This document shows, one piece after another, positions 1-23,934 of a stretch of 64,000 nucleotides of DNA (its first letter is position 1; every line of letters begins with the position of its first letter). Source of the DNA: Hormiphora californensis (taxonomy: Eukaryota > Animalia > Ctenophora). The notes beneath the pieces were generated by a model. The model made no database searches, was not told the origin of the DNA, and saw only the letters and a list, made by a program, of their open reading frames with translations. The stretch spans positions 5,518,001 to 5,582,000 of the forward strand of contig CM035362.1 of NCBI GenBank assembly GCA_020137815.1. Direction: 5' to 3'. A program made the translations under genes and the position numbers.

Positions 1-494
1 GACCCTTTTAATTATTATGATGCTTATATAATATAACATCTTCTGCTTCTTCTTAAGAGCAGCTGGTATGTTTTCAGTCCATATAAATTACTAATTTGAC
101 GGCTTACCATAAGGGCTTTCTCAAGCTTCTCGGATTGGATTATTTTTAACCACATGTTTGTTCCACAGAAGAGAGTATTGGTGAGATGAAAAAGATGTCA
201 GATGAGGTTTCGGAGATAGTTCCAATACGATACTACAGAAACACAACACGAGGGGGTAAATGAAACATAGTGTGTAGTTAGTTTCACTTTCACTTTTATC
301 GTTAGTTTCACTTTCACTTTGAGGTAATTCCCTTTTCTATACTTTTAACTAGACACTCAAAGTTAGTTTGGTAGACCGTGTAACCATTCAAGTTTGCATA
401 AAATCTCTCTCTTTCATCAGATAATTTCTTGGATATTCTCTGACGACACAAAAGAATCCATTAGAATTAATGCTTGCGAGGGAAAATAATTATA

Positions 495-601
495 CAGTCG
501 TACCCCGATTTACCGGGATGCTCTTGAGAGAGAGAAAGAGGTTCTTCCCGGTAAATCGAGGTGCCCGGTATATCGGGGTCCGGTAAATCGGGTTCCGACT
601 G
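495..601. mobile_element. Tc1/mariner-like MITE (TA|CAGTCG...CGACTG|TA)
   Basis: Terminal inverted repeats CAGTCGTACCCCGATTTACCG / CGGTAAATCGGGTTCCGACTG flanked by TA. Related copies lie at about 5085-5165, 60356-60414 and 61631-61835. Confidence 0.7.
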
Positions 602-788
602 TATTATCGCTCCCTGAGATAGCTTTTGCAGAGATCTCTTCTGTAAAGCTTCCGTATCAGATCATATTTATTCAACAACTATCCCCCTCGCTTCGTATCC
701 TATGTTGTAACTTCTCCCCTATCCCTTCTTTCCTATCCGTCTATCTTTATCCCTCTCTCTTTCGTCAAGTTATCCTCTCTTTCGTCAG

Positions 789-15278
<14,490 letters not shown>

Positions 15279-15642
15279 AAGGGACTGTCTCCGTTAGAGT
15301 TATTGTATGTCAGAGGGTAGTTTGTGAATTGTGATATTGAGCGTGGGTTGTTGAGATTCAGGGATCAATACATCATAGGGTTTCTGATATATCATGCTAA
15401 AGCTGGGGAGGCGGTCGCCATGGTATTTAGATCTCAGAATTTAGGTTGTCTTACTTTAGCCAAGAACATTATTAGATGCACCTGGGTATTCTTTTAATGC
15501 AGTATTGAGCTTGATATGAGTGCAGTTTGATATTATGTCAATGTGTGTGTGAATATTTATTTTGGTATATTGTTGTGTGAGATGTTGTGTAGTGTCTGGT
15601 TGTAATATAATCTGTATGGCGGCGCCATACCCTATTTGATTC

Positions 15643-16028
15643 TGTTGTATAGTCACAGTTGTCGTTCTGTCTGTAGTTGTCCTCTCACTCTCACTGTGGT
15701 AGTCATGGTAGTGCTCAGTATGTTGCCTAAGCAACGACTGATCACTGACATGAATACACCAAACAACAAACATGACGGCGTGACGTGTGGATCGGTATTC
15801 GGAGGACGTGGCGTACTGCATTGGTGATAAGCGTATTGTTATTGAGATGACGAGTTGTTATGTCTACGGATGAGCTACGGAGGAACGATAGATGACGTAG
15901 AGGAGAACTATAAAAGAAGACAAGCATTCTCTTTTCTTTATTCCGATATATATTCCAATTTATATTCTCGTTCCCAAAACCCTTCACCGAGAGTCGTTAC
16001 GTGTTTCACCCTATACGCGGTTACTTCA
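15643..16028 (+). repeat. 5' LTR (386 bp, TG...CA)
   Basis: TGTTGTATAG...GGTTACTTCA with an internal TATAAAA. Followed by AT and a putative PBS, TGGAGCCTGATAC (from 16031). Confidence 0.93.
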
Positions 16029-16351
16029 ATTGGAGCCTGATACGAATAATCCGTGTTTGAGGACCAGTGCTTTTGAGGACTGAGGAGCTTTTCTCGGGGA
16101 GTTCCAGTACACGTTCCAGTTTCCTGCAACCCTACTACCTTCATACCCGGTCAGTTCCAGTCAACCCTTGTTCCTGATTTTGCAGACAACTAGTTCCAGT
16201 TCTCCTTTGGGGACATCTCAGTTCCGGGTTCCTGTTCTTCATTCCAGGTCCCGGCGGTTCTTGAACCCAAGTTACCTCTCTTCGTGAGAGGAGGGTTCGG
16301 CGAGTTCCTTCGGGAACCTACGCCCCCTGCTCGAGCTCAGGTTTAGCTCGA

Positions 16352-17374
16352 ATGACAATTGACGAAGAAATAAATGACGTAAAATCAAGCCAAAAACCCA
16401 AGCCGAAAACTCATGACGAAAACCCCCAATTGAAAGCCGAAAACACCAGCCAAGTACTTTCAGAATTGTTAAAAACTCTTGCCGTGAACAATGCTAAATT
16501 TCCATTTTACAAAAAAGGTGACAATTTCATTAGATTTGGCGAAAGATTTGAAGAAGTTTTCCAAATGTCCGGTATTTCAGACAAAAGAATTAAGCCCTTG
16601 GTATTACAATATGTTGATGACACAACGTATGAAATTTTGAAAAATGTTTACATACCCAAAACAATAGAGAATAGTGTAACGGAGGTAATGGAAATATTTG
16701 TAACAGCCATGTGTAACCCCTTGTCTTCGGCTAGCCTTACAAAAAGTCAGCTGTACGATACTAAGCAGAATCAAGGAGAATCAGTAGATGATTTTATTGC
16801 TAGGATTAGAGAAGTTGTTTCGATTTCGGGTCTGCACACTGATAAAGAAGAGGTTATGACAATTATGTTAATGAAAGGTTTGTCGAATACAAGAATTAAG
16901 AGAAAAGTAGCGGTAAACATGGACAAAGGTTTTGAAGAGATAGTTTTAATGTTGAGAGAATTGGTAGCAGTTGATAAAATAGTTTTTGGAGACAATGATT
17001 CCATTAATACCCCAGTACTAACAGTAGGTAATAGTTCTGAAGAAGACAAAGTTGAACTACATAGACACAGAGGACGAGATAGATTCAGAAGTGGTGAGAA
17101 TAGTAGACGTGGAAGAGATAGATATAATAGATCTAACAGCAGAGGTAGATACAATAGATCCAATAGCAGAGGCCGATATAATAGATCTAATAGCAGAGGC
17201 AGGTTTAACAGATCGAATAGCAGAGGTCGATATGATAGTAGGAATAACAATAGAAATCGATATGATAGATCATACAGTAGAGAACGGAATAACCAAAAGT
17301 ATAGGTGCTATAATTGTGGAGATAGTAGTCATTTTGCAAGAAATTGTACTAGTAGGAGGCGTAATTTAAACTAA
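16352..17374 (+). CDS. gag: Gag with RS/RG-rich repeats and a CCHC zinc knuckle
   Basis: 340 aa. Major-homology-like KQNQGESVDDFIARI, about 4 SRGRYNRSN repeats, CYNCGDSSHFARNC. Confidence 0.93.
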   Translation: MTIDEEINDVKSSQKPKPKTHDENPQLKAENTSQVLSELLKTLAVNNAKFPFYKKGDNFIRFGERFEEVFQMSGISDKRIKPLVLQYVDDTTYEILKNVYIPKTIENSVTEVMEIFVTAMCNPLSSASLTKSQLYDTKQNQGESVDDFIARIREVVSISGLHTDKEEVMTIMLMKGLSNTRIKRKVAVNMDKGFEEIVLMLRELVAVDKIVFGDNDSINTPVLTVGNSSEEDKVELHRHRGRDRFRSGENSRRGRDRYNRSNSRGRYNRSNSRGRYNRSNSRGRFNRSNSRGRYDSRNNNRNRYDRSYSRERNNQKYRCYNCGDSSHFARNCTSRRRNLN

Positions 17375-17418
17375 TCGCGGGCCGCGATAGAAACACAATT
17401 TTAAATGTGCGGCCCGAT
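17365..17418 (+). promoter_or_regulatory. -1 programmed ribosomal frameshift signal
   Basis: Slippery heptamer T_TTA_AAC (17365-17371) in the gag frame directly before the gag stop. The -1 frame is open from there into pol. Downstream GC stem CGGGCCGC / GCGGCCCG. Confidence 0.82.
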
Positions 17419-20400
17419 AAAACGAATATGTCGAAAGTTATAGTTAATGGCTACTGTTATAAAACTTCAGCAAACTTTTTGATAGACACAGGTGCTTGTG
17501 TGAGTTTAGTTTCTACTTCTTTTGTTCAAAAATTAGGTTATGAACACAAAATTGAACCTTGTTCGAAAATTATTGCTGGTTTGGACAACAAACCTGTTCC
17601 CTGTAGAGGACAAATAAAATTAGAAATTTCAATTGCGAGAACCCTAGCTAGAGAAATATTCATAGTTTGTGATTATGTTGAAAATGAGTTTTTAATCGGT
17701 ACAGATATCATGAAATTATTGGACATGTCAATAAATTTTAGTAGAAAAATGGTTAGTACAACACATGGGAAAGTTTCATTCACAGACCAACCTTTCTTCC
17801 TTTCTAGAAGCACACGAGCCAGGTGTTACAAAACCCAAACAATTCCGGCTAACACTGCAAAATTTGTTAAATGTAAATTCCAGTCACCTAATCCAAACAA
17901 AAATTTTGAGGTCATAATTGAGCCATTTTACAAATTTATGATTAAGAAGAATGTTTTGATTTCCCCTAGTTTGTCATACACTGCTGGTAATAAAGTTTAT
18001 GTACATTGTACCAATGTTATGCCATATGATATCCCTGTATACCAAAACCAAACAATAGCTAAATTAGATCCTTTCGCCCGACCTAATAGAGGTCTTAGTA
18101 ATGTTCATGCTTTAAAAAGCAGAAATAAAACAGATGATGAGTGGGAGATAGATGCACATACGAATTTAAAACGATTGGAAAATTCCGTTTCGATTGAAGA
18201 AACTATTGAGAATGGTAAATGGGCCGATATAGAGAAATTATACCAAGAGTTAAAAGTAGATGAGATGAAGATTTCAAGTAGTGAGAGAGAACAGCTAAAG
18301 AGAATGTTGCATTTATACTCACATTGTTTTAGCCGGGACAGACATGATTTAGGAAAGTGTTCGTTTTATGAAGCTACAATAGATTTAAAACGCGATTACG
18401 TCGAGAAGTGGGTGCCTAGCAGACCAGTTAGTTATAACTTAGAAAAGCACATGGATGAAGAGTTAGAGGATATGTTAAAAGGTGACCAAATTACCCCTTG
18501 TCAATATAGTAAATGGAATTCGGCTGTATTCCTTGTTGAGAAAAGTAACAAAACAAGTTCTCAGTATAGATTTGTGCAAGATTGTAGAGCTTTAAATTCG
18601 CAGGCCATACAAGATCAATACGAATTACCAAAAATTAACCACGTTCTAGATAAAATGAGGGATACTAAATATTTGAGTAGTTTTGACTTTACTTCCAGTT
18701 TTTGGCAATTGCCCCTCGAAAAACGTAGTCAATCCCTAACCGCTTTTACTTACAAACATTCACGTTACATGTGGAAACGTATGGTACAAGGCCAAACTAG
18801 TTCTAGTGCCCAATTCAGTAGAATGATATCCCAACTTTTTGCCAAAGTTCCTTTTAGTTCCCTTGTTTTCTATATCGATGATTTGCTCTTAGGTAGCAAC
18901 ACAGTTCAGGAGCACCTAACTCGATTAAAATTTGTTTTTGATAGATTAACTTTTGCTAATATGAAGCTTAACCCCAAAAAGACAACCTTGTTTGCTAGTT
19001 CAGCTAAATTTTTGGGCCATACTCTAACTGAAAATGGTATTTCTGTAGATGAAAATAAAACAAAAGCTATTATGACAATTCAAGCCCCCAAAACTGTGAA
19101 ACAGTTACAAAAATTTCTTGGTACTATGAATTGGAATAGGTCATTTATCCCTAATTATGCAAAAATAACTAGGCCATTGTATGATATGTTAGAGAAAAAC
19201 AAACCATTTGAATGGACTATTGAGTGTCAAAAGTCATTTGAAAATTTAAAAGCAGCACTTTGTTCTTCCTCTACCCTTGCTATCCCTGATTTAAACAGTG
19301 AATTTATTGTCAGTATAGATTCTTCTAAGCGAGGTCAAGGAGCTTGCCTACAGCAAATTCAAAACGGGAAACGTCGCATAATTAGTTACTGGAGTAGATC
19401 TGTCTCTAAAGCCCACCAGAAATATGGTGCCACAAAATTAGAATTTCTAGGACTACATGGTGCCCTCATGCACTGGAAAATGTATCTATTAGCTGCACCC
19501 AAAGTTAATATTGAGACAGATTGCAAAGCTCTGTTATCTTTTGACCGTGTTTTTAGTAAGGAGAACAGTTTTATGCAAAAACGTCTTGCTGATTTGGCTT
19601 CATTTAATCTGGTAATAAAACACTGTAGTGGTACTTCGTCCGAAATTAGCATGCCCGATTTTCTTAGCCGTTGGTCGTATGGGTCAATCAAGACCAAAGA
19701 GTCAGGTACACAAACTGATACAATAACTAAAGTTTTAAGCCAAAAATTAGTGCCATCGAATGATGAACAAACTGAGATAGTCAAATTAGATGAAATAAAA
19801 CTAGAGACCAAGAAGGACTCAAATCTCAAACGAGTGTTAGAGTGGTTAAAAAGTGGCGAGAAACCTAATAATTTTAGTCATCGGAGTGAGCCTAATGAAC
19901 TATGTCATTATTTCAAAAATTTTGAGTTTTTAAAGATAAAAGATGATGTTATTTATAGAAGGTGGGTCGATCCAAAAAATTCAAAAAATTTTAAGTTTCT
20001 AATAGTTGTCCCTGATTCCCTTGTTGAAAGAATAATGTTTAACTGTCACAGTACATTTGAAGGATGCCATAGTGGTGTTGAAAACACAATATCTAGGATT
20101 TTAAAGAACTACTATTTTTATAATTATAAGGAGGAAGTTAAATTATTTACAGATAGTTGTCTCGTTTGTGCCCGAACTAAACAACCTAAAGCCTACCTTA
20201 GAGCTCCGCTAAAACCCATTGTGTACACTGAATTCAATCAAAATATTTCAATTGACCATTTAATTCCAAGCACAACACCCACACCTAGAGGGAATATTGC
20301 ATTGCTAGTTATTGTCGATTCATTTACTAATTACACTGTTGCCGTGCCGGTTAAGTCTACTGGAACACAAGCCACAATAAGTGCTCTTATGGAGCATTGG

Positions 20401-22080
20401 TTCTTGAAATTCGGTTTTCCTCGTTCTATTAGCCATGATTTAGGCACAGGATTTACTTCGGCGTTGTGGAAATCTATTTTAAAAGCCTTTGATATCAAAG
20501 ATATCAAAACAACTCCCAAATTTTCACAAAGTAACGGTAAGGCCGAGAGTGCAAATAAGAAAATAAATCAATGTTTTAGATCTCTTCTTAAAGCTAATGA
20601 TTGGAAAAATTATGATATTTATATAAAGTATGTCGTTTTTAGCCTAAATAATCTCGTCTGTGCTCGGACAAAAACTTCCCCGAACTTTTTAGTATTTGGG
20701 CGTGATCTTACTATGCCGAGTGATTTATATGTAGAAAATGACACACGTATAGATGAAATTCAAGACATGAGTCAGGATGATATAAACAAACAACATGCGT
20801 ACCAATTACATAAGAAAATTTCCCAATTAGTTAAAAATACCCAACATGTTGCACAACAAAGGGCTAGATATATGTGTTCAGAATACGATAAGAAAATTAA
20901 AGGTCCCTATTTTAAAGCTGGTGATTTAGTTATGTATCAAAATATATGGCCAAAACATAAATATTCGGTACGTTGGAAAGGTCCTTACAAAATTGTTGAA
21001 AAATTGAATGACTGGAATTACATAATTGAGTTAGAGAAAAACGAAAATAAAGTTGTTAGCATCTCGAAATTAAAAAAGTACAATCCCAACAAATACCATC
21101 ACTACAGACAGACACAACAGACAGATACAGCTAATAACGATTTACCAAACACAATGTTCACATTCTTACCGCCTAGACGAAGTAACCGATTAGCAGCCCA
21201 GGTACCTACAACTACACGGGTAAGACCAAACTCAACCACTGAATCAGAAGGTGAAACACCTGGTCCGGCTCTCGTTCCTAATATTACATTCAATGATCAG
21301 GTGGAGATAGCAGAACGATCAGATACAGGTGATGACACTCCGATTTCCTATGTTCCTACTGATCCGAATGCAAGTGCGACAACTACAGTCACTGAAGAGT
21401 CAGAAATGGAGGAACCTAGTGATCAAGAAACGGAAGCTGAGGCACTCCCTAGGTCGGCGGAATCAAGTTCCGCGGCAGCTGAGGAGAGCCCGAGTGGTGA
21501 TGGTGGTACTGGCGATGTAGCTGGTACTGGTGGTACTACTGCAGAAGGTGGTACTGGTGCTGGTACTAGTGGTACTACTGCTGAGGGTGGTGCTGGTACT
21601 AGTGGTGCTACTGATGATGGTGCTGGTACAGGTGGTCCTACTGCTGAGGGTGGTGCTGACGATGGTGCTGGTACTAGTGGTGCTACTGGAGATGGTGCTG
21701 GTACAGGTGGTCCTACTGCTGAGGGTGGTGCTGACGATGGTGCTGGTACTAGTGGTGCTACTGGAGATGGTACTGGTACTGGTGACGGTGGTGCTGGTCC
21801 TGGACAGCGGACTGGTGGAGTAGAGGACATCGAGCCTTTCTTTCTCGAAAAGGACCGGTTTGGCAACCCTAAGGTGCCTAGGAAGATCCGGTTGCAACTC
21901 GAGGAAAGGGAAAAAGCGATGAAGGCGGCCAAACGTGCGAGAAAGGCACGTGGTGCGGTCCCAAGTGCAGCTACGACAGGCGAGTCTAGCTCAGCCGAGA
22001 GTTCTAGGGAGGTACGACGGCCTGGTCTGAGGCCTAATCCTAAAAAGAGGACTCTTTTTGGTAACCCCTTGAAGAAGTAG
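17365..22080 (+). CDS. pol: Pol polyprotein (protease, RT, RNase H, integrase, long low-complexity tail)
   Basis: LIDTGA protease, YIDD RT, IDSS/ETDC RNase H, HH-CC plus DDE integrase, GPY/F-like module, then about 320 aa of E/S/T/G-rich tail. Confidence 0.96.
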   Translation, partial: FKLIAGRDRNTILNVRPDKTNMSKVIVNGYCYKTSANFLIDTGACVSLVSTSFVQKLGYEHKIEPCSKIIAGLDNKPVPCRGQIKLEISIARTLAREIFIVCDYVENEFLIGTDIMKLLDMSINFSRKMVSTTHGKVSFTDQPFFLSRSTRARCYKTQTIPANTAKFVKCKFQSPNPNKNFEVIIEPFYKFMIKKNVLISPSLSYTAGNKVYVHCTNVMPYDIPVYQNQTIAKLDPFARPNRGLSNVHALKSRNKTDDEWEIDAHTNLKRLENSVSIEETIENGKWADIEKLYQELKVDEMKISSSEREQLKRMLHLYSHCFSRDRHDLGKCSFYEATIDLKRDYVEKWVPSRPVSYNLEKHMDEELEDMLKGDQITPCQYSKWNSAVFLVEKSNKTSSQYRFVQDCRALNSQAIQDQYELPKINHVLDKMRDTKYLSSFDFTSSFWQLPLEKRSQSLTAFTYKHSRYMWKRMVQGQTSSSAQFSRMISQLFAKVPFSSLVFYIDDLLLGSNTVQEHLTRLKFVFDRLTFANMKLNPKKTTLFASSAKFLGHTLTENGISVDENKTKAIMTIQAPKTVKQLQKFLGTMNWNRSFIPNYAKITRPLYDMLEKNKPFEWTIECQKSFENLKAALCSSSTLAIPDLNSEFIVSIDSSKRGQGACLQQIQNGKRRIISYWSRSVSKAHQKYGATKLEFLGLHGALMHWKMYLLAAPKVNIETDCKALLSFDRVFSKENSFMQKRLADLASFNLVIKHCSGTSSEISMPDFLSRWSYGSIKTKESGTQTDTITKVLSQKLVPSNDEQTEIVKLDEIKLETKKDSNLKRVLEWLKSGEKPNNFSHRSEPNELCHYFKNFEFLKIKDDVIYRRWVDPKNSKNFKFLIVVPDSLVERIMFNCHSTFEGCHSGVENTISRILKNYYFYNYKEEVKLFTDSCLVCARTKQPKAYLRAPLKPIVYTEFNQNISIDHLIPSTTPTPRGNIALLVIVDSFTNYTVAVPVKSTGTQATISALMEHWFLKFGFPRSISHDLGTGFTSALWKSILKAFDIKDIKTTPKFSQSNGKAESANKKINQCFRSLLKANDWKNYDIYIKYVVFSLNNLVCARTKTSPNFLVFGRDLTMPSDLYVENDTRIDEIQDMSQDDINKQHAYQLHKKISQLVKNTQHVAQQRARYMCSEYDKKIKGPYFKAGDLVMYQNIWPKHKYSVRWKGPYKIVEKLNDWNYIIELEKNENKVVSISKLKKYNPNKYHHYRQTQQTDTANNDLPNTMFTFLPPRRSNRLAAQVPTTTRVRPNSTTESEGETPGPALVPNITFNDQVEIAERSDTGDDTPISYVPTDPNASATTTVTEESEMEEPSDQETEAEALPRSAESSSAAAEESPSGDGGTGDVAGTGGTTAEGGTGAGTSGTTAEGGAGTSGATDDGAGTGGPTAEGGADDGAGTSGATGDGAGTGGPTAEGGADDGAGTSGATGDGTGTGDGGAGPGQRTGGVEDIEPFFLEKDRFGNPKVPRKIRLQLEEREKAMKAAKRARKARGAVPSAATTGESSSAESSREVRRPGLRPNPKKRTLFGNPLKK

Positions 22081-22626
22081 TGGTGTAATCTGGTAACAGG
22101 TGGGGTTCTCCTTTCTCTGAAGCTGGGTGGTCCTGGTATCACCCAAGTGAGGCTTCCTACGCCATGCAGGCGTTTATACCCTGGTCAAGTTACGGCAGGG
22201 TTTGGTGCTCCTAAGTACGTCGGAGCGTGTTGAGGATTGTGGATTGGTGGACGTACTGGACTTGGGCTCTCCCCGGCCCATGGGCGTCGGTAGAGTACGG
22301 AGAGTGCCAGGTGTTTTCGGAGTTATCCGAAAGTTGGATTTGGAGGGAGGACGTTCTAGTTGGGGGAGATTCGTTATGCTTCTCTCTCCACCGGGAGAAG
22401 TGTTTGATATTCTTTTTCCTTCTAGCTTACAAAATGACGAAAAACCATGTCGAAAACAAACAGCCGTGAAATATCGCTTTTAAAGCAAAATAAGACGAAA
22501 ACTATTGACTAAAACTTGCTAATTGAATAGCAAATAATGCCAGATACCTATATGCCGAAAAATTAAATGTATGAACAACTGTGAGGAAAATTCGGTTTCA
22601 CCTCATTTTTTCTTTGTGGAGGGAAT

Positions 22627-23010
22627 TGTTGTATAGTCACAGTTGTCGTTCTGTCTGTAGTTGTCCTCTCACTCTCACTGTGGTAGTCATGGTAGTGCTC
22701 AGTATGTTGCCTAAGCAACGACTGATCACTGACATGAATACACCAAACAACAAACATGACGGCGTGACGTGTGGATCGGTATTCGGAGGACGTGGCGTAC
22801 TGCATTGGTGATAAGCGTATTGTTATTGAGATGACGAGTTGTTATGTCTACGGATGAGCTACGGAGGAACGATAGATGACGTAGAGGAGAACTATAAAAG
22901 AAGACAAGCATTCTCTTTTCTTTATTCCGATATATATTCCAATTTATATTCTCGTTCCCAAAACCCTTCACCGAGAGTCGTTACGTGTTTCACCCTATAC
23001 GCGGTTACTT
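22627..23010 (+). repeat. 3' LTR of copy 1 (terminal CA missing), preceded by PPT GGAGGGAA
   Basis: Matches 15643-16026 and is then fused directly to inverted gag sequence. Confidence 0.92.
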
Positions 23011-23934
23011 TTTCAAAATTTCATACGTTGTGTCATCAACATATTGTAATACCAAGGGCTTAATTCTTTTGTCTGAAATACCGGACATTTGGAAAACTTC
23101 TTCAAATCTTTCACCAAATCTAATGAAATTGTCACCTTTTTTGTAAAATGGAAATTTAGCATTGTTCACGGCAAGAGTTTTTAGCAATTCTGAAAGTACT
23201 TGGCTGGTGTTTTCGGCATTAAATTGGGGGTTTTCGTCATGAGTTTTCGGCTTGGATTTTTGGCTTGATTTTACGTCATTTATTTCTTCATCAATTGTCA
23301 TTCGAGCTAAACCTGAGCTCGAGCAGGGGGCGTAGGTTCCCGAAGGAACTCGCCGAACCCTCCTCTCACGAAGAGAGGTAACTTGGGTTCAAGAACCGCC
23401 GGGACCTGGAATGAAGAACAGGAACCCGGAACGGAGATGTCCCCAAAGGAGAACTGGAACTAGTTGTCTGCAAAATCAGGAACACGGGTTGACTGGAACT
23501 GACCGGGTATGAAGGTAGTAGGGTTGCAGGAAACTGGAACGTGTACTGGAACTCCCTGAGAAAAGCCCCTCAGTCCTCAAAAGCACTGGTCCTCAAACAC
23601 GGATTATTCGTATCAGGCTCCAATTGAAGTAACCGCGTATAGGGTGAAACACGTAACGACTCTCGGTGAAGGGTTTTGGGAACGAGAATATAAATTGGAA
23701 TATATATCGGAATAATGAAAAGAGAATGCTTGTCTTCTTTTATAGTTCTCCTCTACGTCATCCATCGTTCCTCCGTAGCTCATCCGTAGACATAACAACT
23801 CGTCATCTCAATAACAATACGCTTATCACCAATGCAGTACGCCACGTCCTCCGAATACCGATCCACACGTCACGCCGTCATGTTTATTGTTTGGTGTATT
23901 CATGTCAGTGATCAGTCGTTGCTTAGGCAACATA
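23009..23934 (-). mobile_element. Inverted Gypsy fragment (copy 2): partial LTR, PBS, leader and 5' gag
   Basis: Reverse complement of about 15718-16643 with scattered SNPs. Encodes the first 98 aa of Gag (23005-23301). Confidence 0.93.

Larger units (their letters stand above)
15643..23010 (+). mobile_element. Ty3/Gypsy LTR retrotransposon, essentially full length (copy 1)
   Basis: LTR-PBS-gag-pol (PR, RT, RH, IN order)-PPT-LTR. The two LTRs are 6984 bp apart and appear identical. Confidence 0.96.

Noticed and set aside
15636-16040. Small ORFs repeated at 15.7, 22.7, 23.7, 26.7 and 27.0 kb
   Set aside because: They recur only because they lie in the LTR; no coding signal.
22081-22617. env or extra ORF in the Gypsy 3' region (22202-22483, and antisense 21423-22142)
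   Set aside because: Short, non-ATG starts, ends differ among copies, no signal peptide or TM pattern. The antisense ORF is a shadow of the Gly-rich tail.
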